A stretch of DNA of 64,000 nucleotides. Origin: Gammaproteobacteria bacterium (lineage in GTDB: Bacteria > Pseudomonadota > Gammaproteobacteria > Ga0077536). Under the pieces are notes generated by a model. That model saw only the letters and a list, made by a program, of their open reading frames with translations, did not search any database and was not told the origin of the DNA. This document shows, piece after piece, positions 29,996 to 39,305 of this stretch. The stretch's first letter is position 1. Every line of letters starts with the position of its first letter. A program made the translations under genes and the position numbers. The stretch spans positions 2,336,001 to 2,400,000 of the forward strand of contig CAXXLL010000003.1 of the NCBI GenBank assembly GCA_963662545.2, given 5' to 3'.

Positions 29996-30811
29996 TAGGG
30001 GACATTCATGTTTTTCCCATTTTTTTGCTCGACTTACGACTTACGGGGTCGCCCCCGCGGCCGAATACTGGCTTCCAAACCAAGTTCTTCTGCGACTTTG
30101 AGCCGCCATGCTTGGTGGCCGAATGGTCGGCCACGCACCACACATTCGCGAATCGCCTCAACCTCTTCGGTGGTCTGAGGCGCGTTTACAAATTCAATCC
30201 AATCTGCGGCGCAAGCTTCGGGAGCCATCTCGCTCAACAAACTCCGTCGCACTGTCATTCCTGCGCTCAGGCTGGACCACGGCCAAGATTCTGCCGTGTT
30301 GCTCAAACGTGCTCGAAGAGGATTACGCTCAACGTATCGCAAAACTGTCAGTAGATGTCGATCCTGTTCAATGGGAAACGCTTTGAATCGCCCCTGCCAT
30401 ATTCGGCCATCTGTCCCATACTTTTTGTGATATCTCCTTACATGAGCCGTCATAAGCCGTTGCATCCATCGACTGAGATCCCCGTCGCCGAATGGGTACA
30501 AGATGAAATGAAAATGGTTCGGCATGAGACAGTAGCCAAGCACGCGCATCGGTACCTTGGCGCTCGACCGTGCCATGAGGTCTACAAAAGCCTGATAATC
30601 ACTTGGATGATGAAATACGCGCGCGCGGCGGTTACCACGGTTTATAACGTGGTAGCAGGTCCCTCCGACCGAAGCGCGTGCCGTCCGTGGCATCTCGCAA
30701 GCTTACCAAAAACCTGCTCAGATTTTAGGGGACAATCATCATTTTCATGCGCCTAACCTTCGAAAAGATGAATGTCCCCATTAATACGGCTTCGAAAAGA
30801 TGAATGTCCCC
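29996..30811. mobile_element. RAYT locus bounded by GGGGACATTCAT-type REP-like repeats
   Basis: TAGGGGACATTCATG at 29996, TAGGGGACAATCATC at 30726, inverted GAAAAGATGAATGTCCCC ending at 30779 and 30811. Confidence 0.75.
30034..30693 (-). CDS. REP-associated (Y1/HUH) tyrosine transposase
   Basis: MPR..R, YHVINRGN, YCLMPNHFH (HUH), WQGRFK, RYVERNPLRA, WPWSS, RPRGRPRK tail. Confidence 0.9.
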   Translation of the reverse strand: MPRTARASVGGTCYHVINRGNRRARVFHHPSDYQAFVDLMARSSAKVPMRVLGYCLMPNHFHFILYPFGDGDLSRWMQRLMTAHVRRYHKKYGTDGRIWQGRFKAFPIEQDRHLLTVLRYVERNPLRARLSNTAESWPWSSLSAGMTVRRSLLSEMAPEACAADWIEFVNAPQTTEEVEAIRECVVRGRPFGHQAWRLKVAEELGLEASIRPRGRPRKS

Positions 30812-30831
30812 TTTTATTCTTCTCTCTTCGC

Positions 30832-33800
30832 TCAATTCGCGCAGATCTCGACTTCGTCGAAAAGGACGGCGTCACTCGAGCCCATGGTCGGGGAGGTCAG
30901 GAACCGGATGCGGGCGTTGGGTGCGATGGCACCGGTGATATCGAGAATCATGTGCTGCGGGTTGGCGGCGCTGTCGTTGCCCGGGCCTTCGATACGGGCG
31001 ACCTCCGTCCAGATCGCCCCACCGTCGTTGGAATAGTCGACAGTCGCGTAATCGTTGGCGTCGTCCAGATTGCCGCGCCAGTAGTCGAATTCCAGTACGG
31101 CGCTCGAATAGGGGGACAGATTGAGTTGGCGACCCACCCCCTCCCCGCCGCCGTCGTTGTCGCGTACCCGCACCGCGCGATTGCCGCCGTCGAACAACGC
31201 GACGATTTCGTCGCCCGTGGCCGAGTTACCGTTCTCGTTGATCTCGACCCAGTTCGTGGCCCATGCGCTGGTGCCCGTGCTGCCGCTGTAATCGTTCGTT
31301 TCGAAATCGTCCGCGAAACGGGCCGCGCAGGTCGCGATCCCGTCCTTGCCGGCGCCCGCGGCCCACTTGATGGCCCGCAGCATGAGATGCCGGCCGTCGT
31401 CAGTGAGACTCCCAATGTCGAAAGCATTTCCACCCCAGGGCAGACTCACCCGACGGCCCGCCGCCGTGCCGCCGTCATGCAGGAGGTCGCCGGTGGACAG
31501 CGTGACCAACGTGCCGGCGCCACCGCCCTCGGCGAGCACGTTCAGGATCGGCGAGAGCGTGCCGGCGACGCTGTGGAGAGCCTCGCTCACGGCCGTGATC
31601 ACCAGCGGGCCGGTGCCGAAAGGCGCCGTGATGTAATGCTGGTCGTCGATGATCGAAATGGTAGTTTCCGTATATCCCGCACCGCCCGACGCGATGCCGA
31701 ATTCGTCGTGCAGCGCCACTTCTTCGTCGACGATACCGATGGCCGCGTCTCGCAGTTTCGTGTTGAGGTCGCCGGAAGTCGTCTCTTCGGAGATATAAAC
31801 GACATCAGACGTGGCGACCGCAGCATCGAATGCCGCCTGTGGATCGCTCGCGGTAATGAGGTTCACCGTGTAACCCCAGGATTGAAGCAATGCCTGTTTC
31901 GCGGCATCCTGCGCGCTGAGACTGGCCGCATCAGGCACGACCAGCAAGACCCTCGACGCGCCGCCGACGGCCAGCGCTGCGATCTCCGCCGCACTGAGCG
32001 CGCTGGCGTCGATGCGCAGGTCGTCGAGCGCGCCGTCCCAGTACTCGCCGTACTGGCTGCGACCGATATAGAGTACCCCGTCGTTTACCAAGGGTTCGCG
32101 TGTCGTCGTACCGGCATAGACTTCGGTACCGTCGAGATAGAGCCGCACTTCATCGCTGCCGTTGTCGAAAGTCGCCGCAATGTGGTGCCAAGTATCCGTC
32201 ATCAGGTTGGCGCCTGCCGTCGTGAACTCCCGCATGCCACCATCGTAGAAGCCGAAGCTGATCTCGTCGCCGTTGGTACCGAACCAGAAATTCTGATCGT
32301 TACCCGAGTCGCCCTTGTTGAAGACGAGATCGTAGCCGCCGAGGCTCCCGTTGTTGACCCAGCCGAGGAGAGTGAACGTCTCGGTGAGATCGAGTGTGTC
32401 GTCGTCGGGGGCACTCAGATATTCCGAACTGCCGTCGAGCACGACGCCGCCGTCGAGTTCGCCGGCGGTCCAGCCACCGCCCGTTAGCGTCGCGTCGTGG
32501 CCACCTTCACTGTCGAGCGCAAGGCTGCCCGAGGTCTCGTCGAGCTTCCAGTGAGCGACGGGACCAAAGGCCGTGGCGCAGAACTGGATGTTCAAGCGCG
32601 GCGCATTGGCGGCGTCGCCCTCGTAAGCTTCGGCCGTGCGTGTGCCGCTCCCGGTGACGATGATCGCGAGCGCGTTGCCGAGCGCCCAGCCCGGCCGATC
32701 CACCACTTCCTGCACGAGTGTCCAGAGATCCGGCGTCGACTGCACCTCGCCGACGGTGGTCCAAGCCGCGACATTGTCCCAGGCCACCGCGGCCGACGAC
32801 GTAGGACGGCTCGAAATATCGCTCGGCCCGGCGCCGAAAGCCGCGGCGTCGTCCACCGCCTCGGCGCGCAGCGTGAGTGAGGTAGCGGTGCTGTCCACTT
32901 CGTCCACCGTGAAATCGATGGAGACCGCATTGATGTTCGCACCGGACGGTACCCCGATGTCGTCGAAGCGCATGCCGATCGTTTGCACGCTGGACTCGGT
33001 TACCAATTCGAGATCGGTGCTGTCGAGGTACATGCTGGTATCCGCCCGTTCCTCGGCGTCGTCGACCCCCGCCGCGATCCGCGTGTCGAACGTATAGTCG
33101 GTACACACCCCCGTTTCGACCGTCCCCCATTCGATGGCCCGCTGTACGATGAGTCGGCCATTGTTATTCAGAAACCAGTCGTAATCGGCCTCGCCAACCG
33201 GCACCAAGACGCGCCGGCCGGCTGCGGATCCGCCGCTTTCCAACTCAGCGCCCGCCTCAATGGCGATGAGACCCCCTGCGGCGCCGATCTGCGCCAGCTC
33301 CTGCGCGCCCGGCGCCAGGGTGCCGCTGACCGTGGTCGATTCCGCAACGGCCGTCTTGAACCGCAGCACTCCGGTCGGGAACACCCGGGTTATCTCGTGC
33401 GAATTGTCGATCATCGTGATCGCATCGCCCACCGGAGATCCGTAGCCCGATGCGATGCCGAGGGCTTCATTGAGCGCCCCTTTCGCGCTGACGACGCCGA
33501 TCGTCGCACCGGTAAGCTTGGTATCGACGGTGCCTGCGTCCACGGATTCAGAGACGTAGGCGACGTCGTTCGCCGCCACCGCGGCATCGAAATTGCCTTG
33601 GCTGTCGTCATCGTGGATCAAGGTGACGGTATAACCCCAGCCCTCGAAGCTAGTCTGCGCGGCCACGTCACCGAGGGTGAGATTGGAAGGATTGCCTACC
33701 ACCATCAGTACCTTGCCCGAGCCCTGCGGTGCAAGACAGGGAGTAGCGCACGCGCAAGCGTAGGTGATGGTGAGTTTGGGGTGCAGTGTGGGGTCGGCGT

Positions 33801-35211
33801 CATCGCTGCTGGCGAACTTGACCTCTGTTGCGGCGGCCACGGGCTCCAGGACGAGACCAAGGATGTCGACATCGCCCGATACCCATTTTTCGACCAGGGC
33901 GGCAATATCCCACTGGAAATAGCCAAGCGTGGCAGCCGGTAGCGCCGCCGTTGCAACCACCGGCAAGTTCACGTCACCGCCCGCGGTAGCCCAGGCTATG
34001 CCGGGCTCTCGCTCATTCCAGGTCGCGCCGGTTCCGGTGCCGCCGGAGTTTGTACCCTCTATCCAGTCCGCCTTGAGATGGCGAATACCGACCGTGCCGC
34101 CGAGGGCGCTGGCCGATGTCTGGTAGAGTTCGAGGATGGCGCTGACGATTCGTGCGCCGTGAGGAATGCCGGAAAGGTCGTAGTCGAGAAGGCTGCGCGC
34201 GTAGGAATTGGCGAATCGATTGCTGACGAAAAGCTCGGTGTCGGCACCGTAGTTCCAGCTCGCTTTCCATTCGTAGAGATAGGTGTCCTTGGCATCGGCC
34301 GCGCCCGGTTGCAGGATCAGCGTGCTCGACGGTTGGTAGGCCGCAGTGCCTGGTCGATCCAAGGTTCGCGTGTTGCCGCCGGCGAGCGTGCCGCTTACCT
34401 GGATGTTCGCCGGCGACGCCGGACCGGTGCCGACCACGACATCGAGGCGCGGCTGCTGGCCGGCAGCGCCTTCGCGGCTCACGTATTCGCCGTGGACACC
34501 CTCGGCCGTGGAACCCAATAGGACGCCGAAGTTCGGCTGGCCATTCACCCAGGCCTGCACCTGGGCGGTGAGGTTGACTCGCAGCCAAACAGCACTCTGA
34601 TCTTGCGGTGGGATCATGGCCAATACCGAGGCCTCGAAATTGCCGTTCATGGTTTCCCAGGTGGCCCCTGTCTCGGTCCAGTCCGCGGTAACGCGGTGCA
34701 CAGTGATGGGCCCTTCCGGGTGTTCTTCCCCTACTTCGATATAGAACCAGGCCGATGCGGAATTGATCTGCGCGCTCGCCGGGAGTGAGGAGAGGTCGAA
34801 CCGGTAGAGCGCCTGAACTATGTCGCCGGTGTCGAAGCTAATGTGTTGGTCGATACTCGCGCCATTGTTGCTCGTTACGTCGCCGCTCTCAATCCAGGCA
34901 TCTTGATCGACGGCGAGGTTATAGCTCGTGGTCGCGCCGATCCCGGTTGTCGTAGCGGTATAAGTACCGGCAGCAAGCGCCGTGGTCGGGACGACAAAGT
35001 CGCCGGTGCATTCACTGCCCTGTAACTGCCATTCGGCGTGGGCCAGACCGGCGTGGGTCAGGAATTCGACCTTCGTGGCCTCGGCCTCGGCGGCTACGTG
35101 TTCGACCGTCATGGGTCCTTCTAGGTTGAGCAACAGGGCGAGAGTTGCGACCACGACGAGCGCCAGCACGACCGGCATCAGCACGAAGCCGCGTGGAGAA
35201 AGCTCGTTCAC
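30832..35211 (-). CDS. Giant PilX/MshP-like pilin fused to DNRLRE-like, LamG and repeated extracellular domains (putative tip adhesin)
   Basis: RGFVLMPVVLALVVV prepilin-like start; two DAWI/DTYL..RFDLS..W.E..ATW domains; LamG (HWKLDE, WHHIAATFD, WDGALDDLRI); a duplicated ~200-aa domain. Confidence 0.8.
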   Translation of the reverse strand: MNELSPRGFVLMPVVLALVVVATLALLLNLEGPMTVEHVAAEAEATKVEFLTHAGLAHAEWQLQGSECTGDFVVPTTALAAGTYTATTTGIGATTSYNLAVDQDAWIESGDVTSNNGASIDQHISFDTGDIVQALYRFDLSSLPASAQINSASAWFYIEVGEEHPEGPITVHRVTADWTETGATWETMNGNFEASVLAMIPPQDQSAVWLRVNLTAQVQAWVNGQPNFGVLLGSTAEGVHGEYVSREGAAGQQPRLDVVVGTGPASPANIQVSGTLAGGNTRTLDRPGTAAYQPSSTLILQPGAADAKDTYLYEWKASWNYGADTELFVSNRFANSYARSLLDYDLSGIPHGARIVSAILELYQTSASALGGTVGIRHLKADWIEGTNSGGTGTGATWNEREPGIAWATAGGDVNLPVVATAALPAATLGYFQWDIAALVEKWVSGDVDILGLVLEPVAAATEVKFASSDDADPTLHPKLTITYACACATPCLAPQGSGKVLMVVGNPSNLTLGDVAAQTSFEGWGYTVTLIHDDDSQGNFDAAVAANDVAYVSESVDAGTVDTKLTGATIGVVSAKGALNEALGIASGYGSPVGDAITMIDNSHEITRVFPTGVLRFKTAVAESTTVSGTLAPGAQELAQIGAAGGLIAIEAGAELESGGSAAGRRVLVPVGEADYDWFLNNNGRLIVQRAIEWGTVETGVCTDYTFDTRIAAGVDDAEERADTSMYLDSTDLELVTESSVQTIGMRFDDIGVPSGANINAVSIDFTVDEVDSTATSLTLRAEAVDDAAAFGAGPSDISSRPTSSAAVAWDNVAAWTTVGEVQSTPDLWTLVQEVVDRPGWALGNALAIIVTGSGTRTAEAYEGDAANAPRLNIQFCATAFGPVAHWKLDETSGSLALDSEGGHDATLTGGGWTAGELDGGVVLDGSSEYLSAPDDDTLDLTETFTLLGWVNNGSLGGYDLVFNKGDSGNDQNFWFGTNGDEISFGFYDGGMREFTTAGANLMTDTWHHIAATFDNGSDEVRLYLDGTEVYAGTTTREPLVNDGVLYIGRSQYGEYWDGALDDLRIDASALSAAEIAALAVGGASRVLLVVPDAASLSAQDAAKQALLQSWGYTVNLITASDPQAAFDAAVATSDVVYISEETTSGDLNTKLRDAAIGIVDEEVALHDEFGIASGGAGYTETTISIIDDQHYITAPFGTGPLVITAVSEALHSVAGTLSPILNVLAEGGGAGTLVTLSTGDLLHDGGTAAGRRVSLPWGGNAFDIGSLTDDGRHLMLRAIKWAAGAGKDGIATCAARFADDFETNDYSGSTGTSAWATNWVEINENGNSATGDEIVALFDGGNRAVRVRDNDGGGEGVGRQLNLSPYSSAVLEFDYWRGNLDDANDYATVDYSNDGGAIWTEVARIEGPGNDSAANPQHMILDITGAIAPNARIRFLTSPTMGSSDAVLFDEVEICAN

Positions 35212-36161
35212 AGCGCGCGTCCGACGCGGACCTGGGTGTGGACGCTCGCGGTCTCGCGGGTCGCCGGATCGGTCAGCTCGAGAATGAGGTCGACGCGCAA
35301 CGCCCGGTCGCTGCCCTGCTCGATACGTTCGACGCGCAAACGGGTGACGTTGTCGGCGATGGGCGAGACCACAAAATCAGCACCCGTGATACCGCCGATC
35401 CCAGACTCATCCCACGGCACCGCCGTGCGTTCCATGAGCGTATCGCCGACGAGGTAGAACACCAGCGGGTTGTACCAGTCGTCTAATTCGCTGCCGTCCT
35501 CGTCGTCATCGCCTGCGCCGCCCTCGTCTATAACGCCGTCGCCGTCATCATCCACGCCGCAAACGCCCGGACAACCGTCACCATTCATATCCGTGGCGTT
35601 GTCTTCGTCGATATTGTTGTCATCGTCATCGTCGACGCCGTTGATGGGGTCGTCGTTGGCAATGGTAGATTCATCATCGGAATCGCCGTTGCCTTCATCG
35701 ATGATGCCGGCGGCTAAATCGTAATTGCGGTCATTCGGCAGGTCCTCATCGATACGGCCGTCTTCGTCGTCGTCCGCGTCGGGGACGCCGTCGGCATCCA
35801 GGTCGACGTAGAGCGGCAAGGTCACTGCCAGCACGGCGGTGGCCTGGGTACTCGACCCCTCGGGCGGCGAGGCGGGGACTGTTTCTTCGCGCACGTTTTC
35901 CCGCCAGTTGGTCGCCGGCTTGTCGGCCAGCGGCAGCATCAACAGGCGCGTATGACTCACCGCGCGCACCATGCGCTCCATCGCGAAGCGGGCATCGCGG
36001 TGGATGTCGTGGACGGCGCTGGTGTTGCGCCTGGCCGAGAGCGCGCCGGACACGACCCCGCCCAAGGCGAGCAGCAGTATGCCGCCGACCGCCATGGTCG
36101 CGACCAATTCGACGAGGGTGTAGCCATTGGACCGTGGATGAGCACGGTATGCGATGTACAC
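35208..36161 (-). CDS. Minor pilin (PilW/MshO-like) with Asp-rich insertion
   Basis: GYTLVELVATM prepilin motif, ARFAMERM, DxDxDG repeats. Confidence 0.8.
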   Translation of the reverse strand: MYIAYRAHPRSNGYTLVELVATMAVGGILLLALGGVVSGALSARRNTSAVHDIHRDARFAMERMVRAVSHTRLLMLPLADKPATNWRENVREETVPASPPEGSSTQATAVLAVTLPLYVDLDADGVPDADDDEDGRIDEDLPNDRNYDLAAGIIDEGNGDSDDESTIANDDPINGVDDDDDNNIDEDNATDMNGDGCPGVCGVDDDGDGVIDEGGAGDDDEDGSELDDWYNPLVFYLVGDTLMERTAVPWDESGIGGITGADFVVSPIADNVTRLRVERIEQGSDRALRVDLILELTDPATRETASVHTQVRVGRAL

Positions 36162-36162
36162 C

Positions 36163-36597
36163 CTACATCTGCGTGGTGAGGGTCTCGACATCATCGACCG
36201 TACCCTCCACGGCAACGCGTACCCACATCAGGCCGGTCTCGCCGCCGGTTAAAGCATTACCGTCGCTGTCCGCGTCGTCGACGTCGAAGAGCGCGAGATA
36301 GACCAGCCGCCGATCACTGCTGCCCGCTGAGTCCGAGTAACTGGTGGGAGTGAGGTAGGAACCGGCCGCGAGCGCCTCGGCGTCGAGGACGTCGAACGGC
36401 AGGGCCAGCACTTTCTCGAGTTTGGCCTGCATGGCCTGTTGGCGCGTCACCGCTCGAGCATGCACGCCGCCGGCCATGATGCCGCTGCTCAAAGCGTCGA
36501 TGGCTGGTACCAGGCTCACCGCCACCAGCACGGTGGCGACGAGGACCTCGACATAAGAGAATCCAGCGGTGTGCGCGACTCGCTTTCTGATTCTCAT
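36163..36597 (-). CDS. Minor pilin (PilV/MshD-like)
   Basis: AGFSYVEVLVATVLV prepilin motif. Confidence 0.8.
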   Translation of the reverse strand: MRIRKRVAHTAGFSYVEVLVATVLVAVSLVPAIDALSSGIMAGGVHARAVTRQQAMQAKLEKVLALPFDVLDAEALAAGSYLTPTSYSDSAGSSDRRLVYLALFDVDDADSDGNALTGGETGLMWVRVAVEGTVDDVETLTTQM

Positions 36598-37130
36598 TGA
36601 ATGGTCACGCGGCCGGTGAAGCCATGCAGGGTCACAACGCGGGCCAGGGGCCCCAGGGTCAAGGTCACATCGAACTGCTCGAGGAGCACGGTGCGCGGGT
36701 CGACACACCAGGGCGTGCCGTTGGCATCGAAATAAATGTCGCCGGGTTGGTTGCAGGTGCCGCGAAACGTCGTGGACTGGTTCACGGTGTCTACAGCCAC
36801 AAACGGTTCGGTGTTCAGATCGATGTCGTAGAGCTTTTTGCTCGCCGGTTGATAAACGTCAAAGATCAAGGTCGCGGGTGTCACCGACATGTCGGGACGC
36901 ATCACACGAATCCGCTCCTGGCCGAACTGGTGTCGAAAACCGCGTGGAATACCGAAGCGGATAGCCTCGCTGCGCGCGAAGCGCATGGCATCGGCGATCT
37001 CGAGCGCCGCTAGATCGAGACGCGAAGGGTCAGTCGAAGAGAAGTTCGGGATTACCGATAATGCGATGATCCCGATGATTGCCGTGACCAGGGTGATCTC
37101 GAGCAGCGTGAAACCGCGTTGTCTGACCAT
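36594..37130 (-). CDS. Minor pilin (FimT/GspH/MshC-like)
   Basis: RGFTLLEI, AMRFARSEAI, IYFDANGTP, TGRVTI. Confidence 0.85.
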   Translation of the reverse strand: MVRQRGFTLLEITLVTAIIGIIALSVIPNFSSTDPSRLDLAALEIADAMRFARSEAIRFGIPRGFRHQFGQERIRVMRPDMSVTPATLIFDVYQPASKKLYDIDLNTEPFVAVDTVNQSTTFRGTCNQPGDIYFDANGTPWCVDPRTVLLEQFDVTLTLGPLARVVTLHGFTGRVTIQ

Positions 37131-37175
37131 CGTGCATGCGCCGGAGCCCGCAGGTCGTCGCCGCGCGGACGGGGC

Positions 37176-37727
37176 CTAGCGGTCGTCGTAGCCCGAGTGA
37201 TCGGCGATGAACTGGCCGGTGAGCGTGTCGTACTTCCAGCCGCCGTTGGTCACCGATGAGGTCATGCCGAGCGCGCCCGCGGTGGAAATCAACACGGTGC
37301 TCACCGTCGTCATCGGATCGTCGGGCAAGGTGGCTTTTTTCAAATAAGGGCCGTATTTGAAAGCCGCGTCCGACTTCGTGCAGCTTTCACCGTTGACGTC
37401 GGTGTACTTCGACATCTGGTCGAGGAAGGCCTGCTCGGTCTGCAATGCACCGGTACCGGTCGCACCGCTCGGTCCGGCGGCACAGGCCGCGCCGATCGAG
37501 GTCACGTTGCCCGGATATTCACTGTGCTGCTGATAGTACAGATCAACGGACGAGCGGACGTTGGCGAGCGAAGTATCCAGGGACGAAAGCTTCGCGTCGT
37601 CGGTCGCGGCGCTGAACTGCGGCACCACGATGGCGGCGAGAATCGCGAGGATAATCACGACGATCAGGAGCTCCACCAAGGTAAAGCCCCGTTGAATACG
37701 GGATTTGACGTGTTGGAGATCGTTCAT
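37176..37727 (-). CDS. Major pilin/pseudopilin
   Basis: QRGFTLVELLIVVIILAILAAIVVPQF, VDLYYQQH, YGPYLK. Confidence 0.9.
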   Translation of the reverse strand: MNDLQHVKSRIQRGFTLVELLIVVIILAILAAIVVPQFSAATDDAKLSSLDTSLANVRSSVDLYYQQHSEYPGNVTSIGAACAAGPSGATGTGALQTEQAFLDQMSKYTDVNGESCTKSDAAFKYGPYLKKATLPDDPMTTVSTVLISTAGALGMTSSVTNGGWKYDTLTGQFIADHSGYDDR

Positions 37728-37846
37728 TTTGCTGCTCCGTTTTCGGATCTTTCCGCTGAATGGCTGAAGGTGTTAGCGGCAGCTCCCGTGGGCTCCTTTA
37801 GCGCTATTTCGTGGTGCGCGGGGCGCGATTCGCCGGCGAAGCCCTC

Positions 37847-37891
37847 CTAACGGTCGTCGTAGTCCTGGTGGTCGGCTATGAACTGACCCGT
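37847..37891 (-). pseudogene. 3' remnant of a second pilin paralog
   Basis: Encodes TGQFIADHQDYDDR-stop versus TGQFIADHSGYDDR-stop of the neighbouring pilin. Confidence 0.8.
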
Positions 37892-38828
37892 TGGGATACT
37901 TCGGTTCATAGGTCTTGAGGAACAGCTCGAACGCCTTCTCGGCGTCGGCCTTTGTCGCGGCCTGCCAGATCGCGTGCAGGGCTTGCTTGGCTTTGGCCTG
38001 TGCTGACTTCGGTAGGCAGTTCAGCACGTTCATCGTCTTGTGCATCCAGCAGCGTTGCTGGCGGGTCTCACCGTAGACTTCCTCCAGTGCGGCCCAGAAG
38101 CCCATGGCACCGTCCCCGATCGCCAGCTTGGGAATATTCATCCCGCGTGACTTCAATTTCAGCAACACCTCGCGCCAGCTCTGCGTGGACTCCCGCACAC
38201 CATCCTCCATCGCCAAAAAACGCTTCTCGCCTCGCTCATTGACGCCGATCACCACCAACGCACACAGCTTCGTGTGCTCCGCCCGCAGGCCACTGTAGAC
38301 ACCGTCCGCCCACACCTACACCCAGCGGTCTTGGTCCAATCGCCCCTCGCACCAGTCGCGGTATTCTTGCGCCCACACCTGCTTCAAGCGCGACACTGTG
38401 CTCGCCGACAGGCCCTTCGCCTGCGGCCCCAACAAAACTTCCAGCGCAGCGCCCATTTCGCCACTGGAAACGCCCTTCAAATACAGCCACGGCACGGCCG
38501 CCTCCAAGGTTCTTGTCTTGCGCACATACGGCGGCACCAGCGCTGAACGGAAGGTCACCGGCTCGCCGAGCTTCGAACGAACCTTCGGGATCCTCACCGT
38601 CACCGGCCCCAAGCCCGTCTGCAACTGGCGTTCCGGCAAATAGCCGTTGCGAACCACACCTGCTTTGTCGTCCACCGTGCGATGTCCTGAATACTGCGCC
38701 ATATATTCTGCCAGCTCGATTTCAACCGCTCGTTCAATCAGAGCCCGAGCACCGTTTCTCAAGACCTCCGTCAACGGATCTGGTATTCCTTCTCGACCTG
38801 ATAATTCAACAACGTTACTCTCTCTCAT
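37892..38828 (-). pseudogene. IS256 family transposase, amber stop at 38316-38318 and 3' truncation
   Basis: RNGY..R...T.LG....IPK.R, WLYLKGVSS, WV*VWADGV, IGDGAMGFW, QQRCWMHK; similarity stops at YEPKYP. Confidence 0.9.
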
Positions 38829-38931
38829 GGTGGCGTATCCTCTTTGGTTGGCTTGCTGCTTGGTAACAACATTTCAACCAGATACGCCGCCTTTATTCAA
38901 CTCGCTCAAACACCAGATTCAGTTATAACTC
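37892..38931 (-). mobile_element. Truncated IS256 family element
   Basis: Probable left end GAGTTATAACTGAATCTGGTG at 38931; no right end seen. Confidence 0.75.
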
Positions 38932-39305
38932 GTTGAAAACACGCATGGATACCTTTGCCTGAAAAACGACTTCTCAGCAAAAATTACTGCGGTAACGTCC
39001 TTGCCACTCGGGAATGAGTAGACCAGCCCCTGCAATCGCCGATGACAATCGATTGAACGGCCAACTTGCCAACAAAACCGCCTAAATTTATTCACTCATG
39101 CAATATGCAGGCTAGTGGAGTTAGGCGCAGGAAAAGACATCAATTCGATAAACGTCGACGATCCAATCGTTGGATTTATAATTGGTAACAAGGGGCTGAT
39201 GTATAACTTGACACTAGAGGGATCTAAGATGTCCAAGATCGATCCTTAGCGGCATTAAATTCTTTCCCGAATAGTTATTGTGCACTGTTCGATAGGGTAT
39301 CGAAA

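Noticed and set aside
30772-32487. 571-aa plus-strand ORF and similar long antisense ORFs (for example 48497..49630, 60660..61694)
   Set aside because: GC-rich antisense shadows of well-supported genes, no motifs
37728-37846. c-di-GMP riboswitch upstream of the pilin (also checked 49613-49914)
   Set aside because: GGCAAAC..GAAA..GACGCAAA core not found by eye
1122-38318. Genome-wide TAG-to-Tyr recoding
   Set aside because: NUDIX, dprE1-like, pilin and other genes end at TAG at their natural C-termini
39098-39114. Sigma54 promoter for the pilin cluster (TAGCCTGCATATTGCA, minus strand)
   Set aside because: Lacks the invariant GG at -24; too weak to call
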